The notes under the pieces: generated by a model | What the model was told of the DNA's origin: nothing | Databases searched by the model: none | The model's input: only the letters and a program-made list of their open reading frames with translations | Program-made: the position numbers and the translations under genes | Shown here: positions 23,877 to 38,800 of the stretch, piece by piece | How positions within the stretch are numbered: position 1 is the stretch's first letter | Layout of the letters: each line of letters opens with the position of its first letter | From: Antedon mediterranea | Lineage: Eukaryota; Animalia; Echinodermata | Direction of reading: 5' to 3' | NCBI RefSeq assembly: GCF_964355755.1 | Contig: NC_092679.1 | Location: 4,990,201 to 5,054,200, forward strand | DNA: 64,000 nucleotides

Positions 23877-26800
23877 TTAGCAATGCCCAGTAGACTTTAG
23901 GCCACTAGAACTGCTACTAACAGAGGCACAAGAGCCCATCGGCTGGGGTGGAGGTATGTAGGTTGCCGGAGGTTCTACAGGCGCCATACCGTTTGTGCAA
24001 GCCTGTACGTAGCTAGAATAATTGTCTGATTTAGTGGATTTAGGTTCCCCACTAGGTGAAACCATTGTTACCGGGGGAATCTGATCGTATGGTGGTGCGC
24101 TGGGATATAACACGGGGTATACGGGGTTCGTTGGCGGCGGTAACTGTTCGGTGCCTGGGTGCGGTTGTTGCATTCTGATTGGCTGACATTTTGGCGGTTC
24201 CTGCTGCTCTACTATCGGCTGCTGTCTCTCTTCCTTGTTGAGTAATTTTGTGGAATTATTTTTCATTGTTACAATGAGAACGATAATTATTATCGATAGA
24301 ACTGCAACGACAATCACGCAAACAAGTACGTACACTATCAAATCTAAAAAAAAAAGAAAATGTTCGTCAACATTATTTTAAAATAAATTTTATTTATTAG
24401 AAAATACTTCGTTCCACTTGAACGCAGCACAATGACGTAGGCGCAATGCAAGTGAGTTGACCACCAATCACAATCGACAGTAAGGGACAGTAAATATTTC
24501 GTATCGCGTCATGATTGGTCAAATAGCTTTTACTGCTGAATTTGTTCTCATCACCATCTTAAATTATCAAATATTTAAAAGAAATAATGTGTCCTTACTA
24601 TCACCATCATCGTCTTCCACATCTTTGATTGGTGTGTCTGTTGTAGACTGGACTACACTACTGAAAACAGCGAAATATGATAAATGATTCGATAGACATT
24701 TCACTTCATTAGTATAAACCGCGGTAGTTGTAACGGATGCTGTGCTCCACACACTCTGAGCGCTGTCCCAGTATCGGCATTCGTACGTGACATGAGCTTG
24801 TTGATTCGTCAGTGGAATCGTGATGGTAATTGGATCAGTTAAGTCGGCAACAGTGATCTCAGCACCTATAAAATTGGAAAATTTTTAGAAACTACATAGC
24901 TGTAAACGAATCTTTTTTTGGACCATATTTAATGAGGGTGATCCGTCCAGCAATTGCTGATCATTATGGACCCTTAGAGAGAGGTTCACAAGACAAACAT
25001 ATACCCAAGATGCTCTACATACACAAAGTCTTATTACAAGTCTTTGGGAGTGGAGTTGTAATTTTGTCCTTAGAAAAAATCCTGACATGTGACAGGACCC
25101 TTGGAGTGGTAGCCAAGCATCATAACCACCAAGCCACAACTCCACTCTAAAAGAACATCTCCGAATAACAAATAATGAAAATAATAAATAATTTATGAGA
25201 AAAGTCAAGATACCAAAAAGACGAGGACGATACAAAATTTATTATAGAAAATTATACGAAAAGAAATAAGTCTATGCACACTTTGGCCACCAATTGCTCT
25301 GATTGAAGAAATCTTGTTAAATGTTAGGTGCGCTATGTCGCAAGACGTTCAGCGTTCGCGATGATAGCTGTGTTTAAAGTCACTACAATAGCATAGACAA
25401 TAGGGTTCTGTGTCTGTGTCTCTCTATTCTGAATTAGAACAATGTTAATATATTTCATAACTGCATGCCATACTAGTAATTGTTAAAACAAAATACCTGT
25501 CTCCGGATCAGCCAATTGAACGTTGATAATGCTGGATGAGCGCGTGTTCTTGTCTTCATCAGTTGTGGAGAGATAGTCAACAGTGTCTGCATACTGTATG
25601 AGAGTGACTGTAACACCAGAGCAAGTTGTTGAACCACAAGACCAGGCTCCACCATACCTAAGGAAAAAATATCACTGCTATTAGCCACAGAGTTAAATGG
25701 TGCTAAGATGAAGACAAGAAATCATTTTGATAATGCTATTGAAAATGATCATTTGGCCGTAATAATGATTGCCATAAGGGTAACCAATGATAACATACCT
25801 ATATATATATACATAAATCCAAAGGCAAATTACTGAGAAAAATGACAATGCTGTGGGTATCAGTGGCTGGGTATCAGTGGCTGGATCTCAATGGAGATAC
25901 AAAAATAAAAAGCGAAAAGCTAAATCAAAACGATAAAGTAAACAGCCAGAAAAGTTAGCAGAGCTTTCGGGCAACACTAGCCCTTCATCAGTGAATATAT
26001 ATATATATATCTCCACCCTCTATTCACCAGTCTTGTGCCTCTTTTAATTTATTTCTTTTATTCCTGTCCACACAGGCAGCGCTTGCCTGATATCTATCTA
26101 TCTATTTATCTTGTCCAAGTACCTTTACTTGCACTGATGAAGGGCTAGTGTTGCCCGAAAACTCTGTAAACTTTTCTGGCTGTTTTACTTTAATGTTTTG
26201 ATTTAGCTTTTCGCTTCTTTTTTTTTTATCTCCATTGAGATCCAGCCACTGATAACCACAGCACTGTCATTTTTTCAGTATTTTTCCTTTGGATTTATAT
26301 TTTTATTTTACTCTCCAAGATAAGATAATGTAAATGGCACTAATAATTGAATATTTATATTGGGACCCAGGATTCTGTGATTCGTAAGCAGTAAAGCTAC
26401 AATATTATTTATACATTGATTTTAATACATAATTTCATTGTATGTATTCACGGAAATTACAAAACGCTACTTACAGACTTTCTAATTGAGTACCGAAGTT
26501 AACGCTGGCGGCGGCAGAAGACGCAGCGGCAGTTGTGTATGTGCCGCTCAACAGGGTTTTGGATACAGTACTGGTGAGGTCTGACGTCGACGTCACAATC
26601 GGATCTTCTCCAAGAACAATACTCATTCCTTGCGAACTCATCAATTTGCTTTGTACAGATCTGTTTTGAAAGAGAGCTTGTTTAGTATAACCAGGGAAGA
26701 GTGAAATTATAATAGAGCACACCAGGGTTCAAACCAGCATGCACAATGAAGAAATAGAGATGCCTTTGCCATGCAGTGGTGAAAGGTAGCAATTTAAGCC

Positions 26801-29800
26801 TACCCCAGTGGAAAAAAACTTACTCGATAGAAGCGAGAATATCCGCGTTGCTAGTAGGATCAAGATTGGCTCGCATCTGGGTCAGTGTCTCCAAAACAGC
26901 CTCTGCTGAACCGGCAGGTACAGGAACATCAGCATCAACAAACACTTGTACTAGTGTATCAATATAGGTAATATATTCACCTGATGAGCCAAAAGAAAAA
27001 CATATTGAATACGATGGAATTGCCTGTGCTGTTGCTAAAGACATGATGACCTTACTTCCGGAATTTGTTCCAACAATTCAGAAGTTTCTTCCGTAAGAAC
27101 AAAAGGCCAACGAACACAACTTTAACAAAAAAAACTATGAACATAAAACAATGAGCTTTCAAATGAACATTATACGGAGCTGCATAAATAACTTAACCCT
27201 ACCTTGATTTGTCAAAGACATCTCGGCAATGCTAATGTAAGTTGCCTGGTCCAACAGCGTTTGTGCAGTTTCCGTGGTGAGGACAGTGTTGCTGATAGCC
27301 AGTGATAAGAGCTCTAGTTGGTCTGTAACATCTTCCGTTGAAACCGTAACAACAGACCGTCGGCGACGACGTTGAGTTGAATCACCAGATTTCGATGCAA
27401 TCAAATCCTGGGTTGTGCGCAAAGCGTTCGAATATTCACCTGAAATTGTATTTATTATTACTTAAGCCTAAAACTAATAGTAATATGCCTAATTATAATA
27501 GATTGAATGGGCCCGTTCTCCTGTGTGTCTCGTCTAGGTTAATGTCACAATTTGTACATCATAGACACATTATTTACTTTTAAAATAGTCTCCATGATAC
27601 TGTTGTAACATGCGGTGAACATGTGACCCAGTATCACGGAACTTTCCTAACGTACCGCTGTCTTTCTTCAGTTGAATATCATCCTTGATCTCTTCTTCCG
27701 CCTCCTGCGTCCAAACCTTTTGCATAACTGTAGCAGAATCGGAGTATTTTGAGCACATTTCGTTGTTATCGCAAACCTACAATGAATATAGTTTCCATGT
27801 AAGGTATGTTTGTATCATAGAACGCACAAATAAATGTACTAGGCCTATTGTAATAACGGTATACTTAGTCTGTACAGTAGAACGTACATTCATTGTGCTT
27901 ATGAATTAATGAACGACAATTTATGCAAATTTATTGTATTTACGTAGTATTCACGAACGTATATTTATCGTAATTAATTAACTTCAAGAACGTAAATTGA
28001 TCGTAAATACGTTGTATTTATGTATTTTTTACGTAGATTTATAGGAGGCCTAATTACGTGGCATTATAGAACGTAAATTTATCGTAAATACGTTGTATTC
28101 ATGTACGCAGATTTATCGTTATTACGTAGCAATCTAGAGCGTCAATTTATCGTAAATACGTTGTAATCATGTACGCAGATTGATCGTAATTACGTAGCGT
28201 TCTAAAACGCAAACCGTAATTACGCGAAATTTAAAGTTTACCTTCATTACGTAGGTTCGTGTAGTGCTACCACGAATCCTTGGTTTACCCGTAATGCTGA
28301 ATACTGGAGACGATTTAATTTCCGTCACTGACTCCTCGTGTCCTTTGGCGTTTAATACAAAAAGTTGGTATTCTAGTGGGTAAGCATCCTCGCCTGTCAC
28401 ACAATTGTATATTTCAACTTCAAACTGAAATTTGAAGGAGATGGGTAAACATGGTACTCTCTAATCCTAATATATTTTTACCTATATTTCAATGTTTCTT
28501 TTATTAAATGTCGAAAAAAATTTCGTTAATAGTAGCACAGTTCACCTATTACTGCAGGTTAAAGTGACGATGTAAAATCTAGCTCATTATTATGTATTTC
28601 ACTTCTCGTCGTAGGCCTATATATGGAACATTCAGTATTTAAAATTATCTTGTAGTTCATAATATATACAAGTGCCTTCAGAACTCATTCATAAGTAGAC
28701 AATTACTTCCATTTATTGCCATTTGCATATAAAATATACATAGACATTATGTTTGCTCTGAGATATACAAAAACAGATAAATGAAATACTAACAAAACAA
28801 TTACAAAGTGTCACATCACTTTCGTACGGTATATATACTGACAAACATTCAGTGCCCGAATGGCAGCTGGATAAAAGCTGTTACGAAACCTATTTGTACG
28901 AGAGATGACTAAACGTCTACTGCTACGTTACACCTCAAATGCATTATGCATGGGATGAGTAGAATCTTGCAATATAGAATGTGTTTTCTTAATCTATTTT
29001 CAAAAAACGAATTTAATAGAACTCTGCTCAGTTCCAATGATACGTGATGCATAGGCCTATTTAACGACACGTTTTAGATCTGACTTATCTTTACTTGTGG
29101 CCCCTGTGAACCACAAAACAAAACTAAAGGCGAGTACACTTTCAATGACCGACTTGTAAAAAAAGTGACATAATGAAAGATTTCTTTGGCAGAGAAGTGC
29201 GCATTAAAAATCATGTTATTATACCTTCGATAACTCCTCATAGTCGTCTATGTCAAAGTCACAAGAGGTTGGTCCATGGAGAACGCTGAGTTCAATGGTC
29301 GCTGAGCCTGGTTGCCCATCACCTTGATAAACTTCAGCAGACATTGAATATTTACTTCCTCGCTCAACCACACCTAAATATTCAAATTTATTTGCATTTT
29401 TACAAATTTATTCAAAAAACGCGTCCATAAAATTAATAGAGAAGAAAGGGGAAAAAGAGAGAATACAACATAAAGATACATTTAGCACAAATGGCGTTTC
29501 ATACATATAGTACCTGATGAAGGAAAATACCGATATCATGAATCTTGGCTCTTGATTCGCGCCCTATAGCATAAAGGCCAATTTACACAGACGAGCGGTA
29601 CAAATATATAGAATCTATGTTATTTCTTACGACACACAACGCGGAATGGACCAGGATAATTACCGGGCAGATTCTACGTGGACAAGCTACGCAGCGGGTC
29701 GCTTACCGTTACTGCTCGTCTGTGTAAATTTGCCTTAAAGCTTGGTTCCCAACAATAAAATACGCAGGACGTATGTTAAATCTGATTTCTACAGTTGTTC

Positions 29801-32800
29801 TGTAATACAGTACATTACTATATCTCAAATGAATTAGGCCTACCTTTATTGATTACGAAAAAATTGACGGCGAAACCCTCCATGGTTAGCAGCTGTGGTG
29901 GAACTGCTAGGTTATCATTATTCTGTAGGTCTATATATCCATAACCTAATAAGTAAATTAAACCAGTTATTAGTGGTGGTATAAAAACCAACGAACAGGG
30001 TGTGACATTTACTCTCACGGCACAAGTGAAATGAGAAAATAACGTTATGGATTGATTTATTTGTTTTAAGGTGATGGCACTACCAGTGGCATCACACATG
30101 AATAAATAAATAAAATAAAATAGGGTTAACTTATTAATATTTTAAATTCGTTGAATTTATCGAATTTTATATTATCAGTATAATTAATGCATCAAGAACT
30201 AGGAGAACACAGCTCATAAAGATTATAAACTTCATTTGTAGAAAGAGACGCATCAGGCTTGCCTGGTTCCTCTGTATTTCTTCTTTTTTTTGTGTGGTTA
30301 ATTTAGGATATGTTATGGATCATTTTTGTGTGTAAAGCGCATAGAAACATTGCATTAACTGCTATAGACTACCATTAATATTATATTAGTATTACCTGTC
30401 TTAGTATCTGTAGTCCATGTAACATTGTGGAGACCACTCGACGACGAATATGATATGAATGCTGTGAGATAGATATTACTATCGTCTTTGACAATGCCCG
30501 TAATACTGACCGGTTCTATTGTAACCTAATATATTAGTAAAACAGAGTCGGGATAATTACTAAAAAATGTTTCACAATTTTAAAACGATACGATAATATG
30601 AATTGATTGATTTATAGACTGACTTATAAGAAAGTGCAGAAAAGGCACAAGAATAACCAGCAGGCCTACCCGTGGTGGATTGCCATAAACCGCAAGAATA
30701 TAGACAGCCGCGTTAGCTGATCTGTCTTCCTTACGGACAATCAGGGTGAATTTGTAAATTTTATCAGCTTCCAAGGCCAGAGCGTCAAATTCCAATACTG
30801 CATTCGTTGAGGTTGTTGATTCTAAGAGCCGGGTTCCAAGATGATCTGGATCAAAAGACCAACAGGCAATGTTTTCGTCAACCTAAGCCGGAAACAGAGT
30901 AAATAGTTATATATACAGTATATACATACACTTGTGTAGTTCACAGTGTGCAAAACAACCGGCATAAAAACGTATCATGTTTTTCGGCTACGTATATTTG
31001 ACTATGATGTACCGGTATCTATTTAATACATGCGTACGTTGAGATTTGATTGCCACCGCGTAGAAACTTGCGTTGTAAGGTACTTAGATTAAGTGGATAA
31101 TATCACACTTTCTTATATAATATCGAATCCCTAAAGCTTTGTTCCCACCAGCGACGCAACATAACGCAACCTACGCAACGATAGAAAATGCCCATCCAAT
31201 AATTGTGTTTTCCCCCGCCTGCGTGAAATCAAACCTGCTATGTTTGCAGCATTGTTGCGTCGTCGGTTTCCACTTGTGATTATGCAATACAGCACTTTGC
31301 GTCGATACGTCGTTGCGTCGCGTCCTAGTGGGAACCACGTTTAACTGTGGCAATGCTGAAATAATTAAAATGAACGAAGATTAGCATACCTGTAAACATT
31401 GCCATTCGTAAACCCAGTCACGTGCTTCATTATCGGGATCAAACGAAAGGGAACCATCAAGCTGTACCGTACCGCTGTCGCGTCCGATGCTAAACTGCTC
31501 ACCGCCTTTAATCAGTGCCACTAAGTCCGATCTAACTGTTGTAACGGTGACGGTTTCAGTCAAAAACGAATTTGGGTCACTAGACTTGTACACCTTGACT
31601 GTAAACGGGATGTTTACTCCACCTGACGGAATATAATTTGACATTAGTAAGCTAGGATTGTATTTCTCTCCCTTTTGTTGTTTTTATTTAGCCAACTGAA
31701 CAAAATATTCATTGTAGATGTGACGCAGTTCAGGAAAAAATAACACACCATAAATATCAATGTCACGAACGTGCGTAACGATTGGAATACTTTATTTATC
31801 ACGCAACATAAAAGCCATTAAAATGATCAACAGAAAGTGTCAACTGTTACCTGGCAGTGAGTTCGCTGGAACAAATAGGCTTCGAGAACGCATCGTCTTT
31901 AGGTTGAGTGTAACGTCTGTGTTATCAACTGACCACTCGAATTCCGTTTTGCCTGGTGGTACACACTCCGCATTGAACACATTTGCCGCAAGTAGAAAAC
32001 TATATTATTAATAAGAAAGCATGTACATCATTATTCCTAGTAAACTCATATTTCTGTTGAGTTGAACAAACAGAAATAAGGAATATTTATCTTTTTTATG
32101 TTGGTGATATCGATCGGATTGAGGTACAATGAGTACATTCTTGTTTTTTACCTTAATAGCATGATCTGAATATCGCATTAGTATTTGAAATAAATGTATG
32201 TGTGAATAGCCAATAAAATATATAAAAAAAATCTCTGCGCCTATATAAACATGCTCGTACATTGTTTAAAATGTACTATTCTAGGTTATGCTTAATTTTC
32301 GTCAAAACAAAAACATTTGGCACATATGGCGTTTCATAACTATTACCCGAGAAATCGGGTCATGTGTAAACGTACCTGTCAGAGACCTTTACATTCTCAA
32401 CGTTGGTACCTTTAACGGATACCGTAACTTGAGGCGCTACCACGGCTGAACGAGTTACGGAAAAAGTTGCCGTATCGGATTGTCCTAAAAAGTTTGTGAC
32501 TGTGAGCATGAACTCATAAACCGTTTCCACGTCAATCAAGGTGCCATTCAAAACTATAGCAGGCGATCCACTACCACCGTTTATAGCTATAAAATGAAAA
32601 TATTGACGAAATATGTTAATTAATTATGCGCGCGTATACAGTGAAATGGAGATGTGTTTCCTTATTCAATTCCTCCACACAGTTCTTGCTGATTCTACGA
32701 CGCTACTGACGAAACGCAAATCGAAACCTCCCTATTGGAAAGTGGCAACAGACATTTGGAGTACCGCTCCTTACCATCTCTTGATAGTAGTGTGTGGAAT

Positions 32801-35800
32801 AAAAAGCAAAGATAAACATACTAGTAGTAGTAATTACAACTAAAACCATTGCTTACAATTAAGTTCTGTATCCACGTCTGTCGTACTACCTTGGCTCGTC
32901 ACCGACCACTGGAACGTCAACTGCCTAGCACCGCTACCAGTAGACCGCCGCCCGTCCAACTTCACATTTCCACAGCTTGAAATTTGTTCTGAACCCGACA
33001 GAATCGCTTTGGGTCTGATGGCACTGTCTGGTCCTTCAATAACTGCTGATCCTTCGGCGGCCTCTGACAGCTCTTGCCTGAAAGCTCTCAGTGAACCTGG
33101 CTTCAAAGTCAGACTGTCACCTACATTTCAGATAAAATTAAGGAGAAAATCAACGGCATTGTCTTGCTCACTTAAAATGCACAATTTCCAAAATATATTA
33201 AACCAAAAAAAAGTTTATCTCAGACCCAGATAATTATAATGATTGTATTGTTTTGCTTATGGTTGATAACAGCGAATACATTTCTTGTATTTTTATGTTT
33301 CTTATACAAGACCGTGTAGCTATATAATGTATATGTTATTTGTATCAGATAGTCATGTTATTTTAATGGCATTTTTATAACTCTGCCTGTTACCATGGGT
33401 GAAGAAACAGTTTCGACAATGATTCTACACCCAAATAGTAATATAACGTATATAATAAGCGGTTCCGCAGGCCTAACGTCATAACTCAGAAATTCAAACT
33501 CACCTATTCCGGGTAGGTTGTCTCCGTTTCCAAAAAGAATGAACAACGCCATAGGGGTAAGCCACTTGCACTCGGCGCCATCTCCTAGACTGTCTGCGCC
33601 CTGGATGACATCCGCACAAGATCGAAAGCTATTGTAGTCTACACCATCTAGAAATGTCATCATTAACCCCGCCCCTAAAATTAAATTTGATTTTGGTGGT
33701 TTAGACTATTGATTTAAAAATATTATTTATTATTTATTTATTTATTATTATTATTATTTTTATGTTATATTTAGTTTTAAAAATGTGTCGTAATTTTGCT
33801 ATGTAAACTTACCATTAGTAGTGAATTGAATGCTTTCAAGTCTTGGTGCTGGGTAGTACACATTGATATTAACGGAGGGTTCATCCCCAGTCAATCTTAA
33901 CCTATGTTCACCGTTAATGGACATGACGACCTTAAATGTGCCTGAATTCCTTGGTACGGGGACATTAACTGTTATCGATGTTTCGGACGAAAATTCACCA
34001 TAATATATATACTGGTGTCCTGTCAAATGAAGAGCGCATTAAAATAGTTCATAGAGTATAACATTAAATGATATAATAAATAAATATACTATAAATATAC
34101 AGTGTTGTCGAAACTCCTAAATGAAGCGGAGAACATATTGAACACTCATAGACCAGAACAATGTTTATATGCACGATATTCCAGCCGATTATCGATACTG
34201 TAGGCTTATCTATTTCCGAAGTTTCATAGGAATATTTCGTAATACAACATCACATGTGTTTCACATGTATCTAGTAGTAACTTAACCTTTAACCTTACAT
34301 AATACACCACATGTTATATATATGAGCTGCTGTATTACCAATTATTCCTATGATACTTCGGAAATAGATAGTATGTGGAGATACACCATAAGTATCGGGT
34401 ATTTATAGTAATATACAATATAACAGCTTCTCTATATTTGTGTTATTTATGTGGTTTTTGTATCAATCAAATGAATTACACATTTGTTTGGTGAAAGTTT
34501 AAGATTTAATTTCTTGTGGCCAAATCATAAGTAACGGAGTGGAGTTGTGGCCTGGTGGTTATGATGCTTGGCTGCCAATCCAAGGGTCCTGGGTTCAAGT
34601 CCTGTCATATGTCAGGATTTTTTCTAATGACAATTTACAACTCCACTCCCAAAGACTTGTAATAAAGACTTTGTTTATGTAGAGCATTGTGTGTATATGT
34701 TTGTCTCGTGAACGGATTGCCACCTTTAAGAAGGATAGTGATTGAATTTGCTTATGGTTATCCTTGGCAATTTGCCTAAATATATAAAATAAAAAAAAAA
34801 TTAAAAAAAATAGTTCATAATGTGCTATACTACATACAGCTATATGAAAAATGTATATACGGTTTTATTTTTTAGTATATACAATGCTTTCAGCTTTTGC
34901 TGCTTTTTATATTACAGTTTTATACCGAAATAAAATAAAGAAAAAATGTTTTAAACCTGAAAAAAAAACATTCGTTCGTCTCCGGCATCGAGAGTATCAA
35001 ATTAATATACATTTAGTGACACAACTTTACAATAAGTCACCAAAAGAAGCGGGTGCTTGTCCGTTTTAAATACCAATAACTTACATTTCTAGGCTCAACA
35101 GAAAACATTTTTTAAACAAAGACACAGACAAATTTAAATAAAAATGAATGACAATTTGTTGTTGTAGTCTTGTTAGCAACTGTATCGAAACACACCAACA
35201 TACCATCAAATGGATTCGTGATGAGAATCGATGGATATACGTCATAATGATCCGGTGATATGTCTAGGATGTTGCCTAGGTTACTGTCAGTAAAAGCAAC
35301 GACATCGACTTCTTGTTCATTGTCATCTCGATCAATAGTGAATTGTAAGGGAGAGACACTGGTGATTACCACATCTGAAAAGAAAGCGCACATAACGTAA
35401 TTAGAAACTGCTCGTTGCTTAGTTACTTTAATGATAATCAATTAGATTTCCAATATTAATTGCATAATTTAGATTCGGCGTGTCAATATTCAGACATGAT
35501 GAATACATTAAAATGTAACCTGCGATGATAAAATATTTTATTTATTAAAGCTCTGCCTACACATTCAAACTTTTTGTGACAAAAAATGTAATGTGGCCAT
35601 ATATGGACATGATGATAAAACTACCAAATTTGAGCAAATTACTACCGTATTTAGGCACATCACACTTTTTTGTCAAACTAGTTTGATTGTGTAAGAGCTT
35701 TATGTATGTTTATGACAGCGAATAATTAGTATGTAATTAGTAGTAATTTAGTATGTAGAATAATCTTCTCACAACTGTGAACTGACCAATCGCAAGATCC

Positions 35801-38800
35801 ATCGCGTCGTGATTAGTCAGATTCCTGCGGCGCACTTACGTGCGTTGCATCCAAGTAACCAAGCTTTAATCAACTTGATATTAAGGCTGGCATATTTTGT
35901 TTTACATTTTATTTTGAAATGTTTCTAAACACATAAACGCATAACACATGACACGCCGAATAAATGACAAGTTTGGAGCGCCATAACTCACCATCATACA
36001 CTTTGAGAGTAGGATCAGTTTCTGCTGGTGTAACGTCATTATCACGGCGTATCTGTAAATCATAGTCCCCTAAAACACAAGCAAAAAACGCTTTAATATA
36101 ATCATTTTCCAGTTCGGATCTAATAATAGAGATTTTCGTCAAAAGGTGATTTCCTAGATTCAAAAGCGCCGATCCGTTTTTATAAGTAGAGAATGTTAAT
36201 TCATTTCAAACGCGGGGAAATGCTTCCTTATTAATTTCTATTCGACACAGTTATTGTGTTTTTCAGGTTCAGCATGATGACCTACAACACCAACGCCGGG
36301 TCATAGGTCATCGATCATCGGTGCAAATAAAGAGCTTCTTACTAAAGTTAGGGACACCACCTGGTACGCGGTGGAAGGATTTCTGACAGTATGTACGGCG
36401 GCGGGAGTCATAGGAAGTTTACACATTTTAGGCCATACTCCATGATGGATTGTATGACATACCTGGATTTAAGTTAACATTGCATGTTAATATAGTTCCT
36501 GATGTTGTTGTTCTTGCGTCCCTAGCCATCACTTCGAAGGTTGGATATGCTGTACTTGTAAAGATACATACAGGCATTGACCCGGAAGTGAAACCTGCAC
36601 CAGCAACGCTTACCTAATAATATTAATGTAAAAAAACAATTAAATAATAATATATGGCTAAAGCGTGGTTCCCACTAGAACGCAACGCAGCGACGTATTG
36701 ACGCAAAGTACTGTATTGCGTAATCACAAGTGGGAACCGACGACGCAGCAGTGCTGCAAAAATCGTAGGTTTGATTTCACGCAGGCGGTGGAAGACACAA
36801 TTATTGGAAGGGCATGTTCTTACGTTGCGTAGGTTGCGTTACGTTTCGTGTCGCTAGCGGGAACCAAGCTTTAATAATGAGCATGCGTAGTTTGTTTAGC
36901 CCCTACTATAGGCCCTACATGTACCGAATTGCGAAACTACATACAAAATAACTTTAACTTTATTAGTTAGTCGTACTTGCAGCTGCTTTATAATATGTTG
37001 ATGCTGATTCCATTATTTCAACATTACCTGCTTAGGTTTATGCAGCTTTAAGTTTGAAAAAGTGAAATAAATCAAAATAATTATAACTAACCAAGACGTC
37101 TTGATTTGCGGGAATGAAATTGGGATAAATTCCGTCGACAGCCAGGCAACTTAATCCAGTTCCTCCACACACTCCACAAGCGTCCACTTTTAGTCCACTG
37201 TTAAAAAAAAGTTAAACCGATTTTAATTCACAAATTTCAGTATTGATACAACGGAGTGGAGTTGTGGCTTAATGGTTATGATGCTTGGCTACCACTCCTG
37301 GGTTCAAGTCCCGTCACGTGTCCGGATATTTTCTAAGGACAAAATTACAACACCACTCCCAACGACTTGTAATAAGACTTTGTTTATGTAGAGCATCTTG
37401 TGTATATGTTTGTCCTGTGAACCTCTGAGGGTCCCTAATGATCAGCAATTGCTGGATGAATCATTCTCAATAAATATGGTAAAACAGGCCATAAAATCGT
37501 CATGTTTTTGCGGCCATTTCCATCTGAGCAGCAAAAGTGTATGTGTACACATACATTATTAGTACCATCATCACAACAATCGTATACGTCATCTATAACG
37601 GTTATCATCATCAATTTCCGTTGTTTCGTCATCATAATTACCCCCAATCAGATATATACCTGTTTGGTACTCCGTCACACCCCATACATGAACTTTCGTC
37701 GGCGGCTGGGTCATCAATACACTGGCCACACTCGTTTTTGCCGAAATTGTGGTCTAGTCCAGTTGATCCACCAACACATTCTCCGCACTCGTTCACAGTA
37801 GCTTTGGGAAAACCTAGATAAGAAAAAAACGCTGTCCTGTTAACAATCACAGTTACATTTGTCACCCAATAGTATCGTTTCTGCAACCTTCATCACAATA
37901 TACTAGCTTCTTTCCTTCTGGTTTTGTCAAATCCTTTCTGTTAGCCAGCTGTTCGGCTGATTGGTCAGTGCTTTGTCGGTGTTTTAGTTAAGCGTGGTTC
38001 CCACTAGAACGCAACGCAGCGACGTATCGACGCAAACTGCTGTATTGCGTAATTACAAGTGGGAACCGACGATTGCGTTACGTTGCGTCGCTAGTGGGAA
38101 CCAAACATTAGGCGCTAGGTCATGGGTTTGTTGCCGTCAGCGACACCGTGGGATGTATATTGTTGCTAGACATGATATATCTACGAGAATTGTTATATGT
38201 GCGACACAATGGCCAATAGCCTGCTTGTTTTTATTACTATCCTTAGTTTCGTCCTAACAATAACAATAGCTGTAGCAAATGGATAAATGATGTACTTACC
38301 CGGTATGACACATTCATCGGAGCAGTCTGTGTACCTGCTTCCACCGAAGTATATCCCGGCATCAAGTTCCTCTGCTGATATGGCTGGCTCACACTCTCCA
38401 CACGTGTCGATAACCCATGGCTCAACACTATTACATATTCCCAGACAGTCTAAACGGTTTGCGTTGTAATCTGCCGCTTTACCGGTGCTTCCCCCTAAAT
38501 AATTATGTTAAAATAAAAGTCACTGAAAAAATGTCGGCTCAGGACTGTGATCGATATTACTGTAACCTCGACAATCTGCTCATGTGCCTATAAAAGACAA
38601 GTTTAGTAACTCTTACTTAATCCTGTCTCGACAGATGTATCGGGTTTATTGATCTAGAAATAGTTGTTGTTGTTTATTATTATGTCATCATCACACTACT
38701 TAGTCACGTTAGAAACAACATTCTATAATTTTATAGTCGAGGAAGTATCATCTTAGTTGTCATAAACTGAAATAACCTACCAACACATTCGTTGCATGGA

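Larger units (their letters stand above)
25813..26298. mobile_element. Inverted pair of Penelope-like element terminal repeats (arms about 25813-25993 and 26132-26298) next to (TA)n
   Basis: The arms of about 170 bp are reverse complements of each other. Each carries a hammerhead core, and TA microsatellites are adjacent. Confidence 0.75.

Noticed and set aside
29514-29540. Additional hammerhead-like cores (here and at about 51460-51495)
   Set aside because: GAAA is replaced by GATA and the stems are weak, so they cannot be supported.
34536-34612. tRNA gene
   Set aside because: It has A and B boxes but no proper acceptor stem, and it continues into a body shared by four dispersed copies. 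It is a SINE head.
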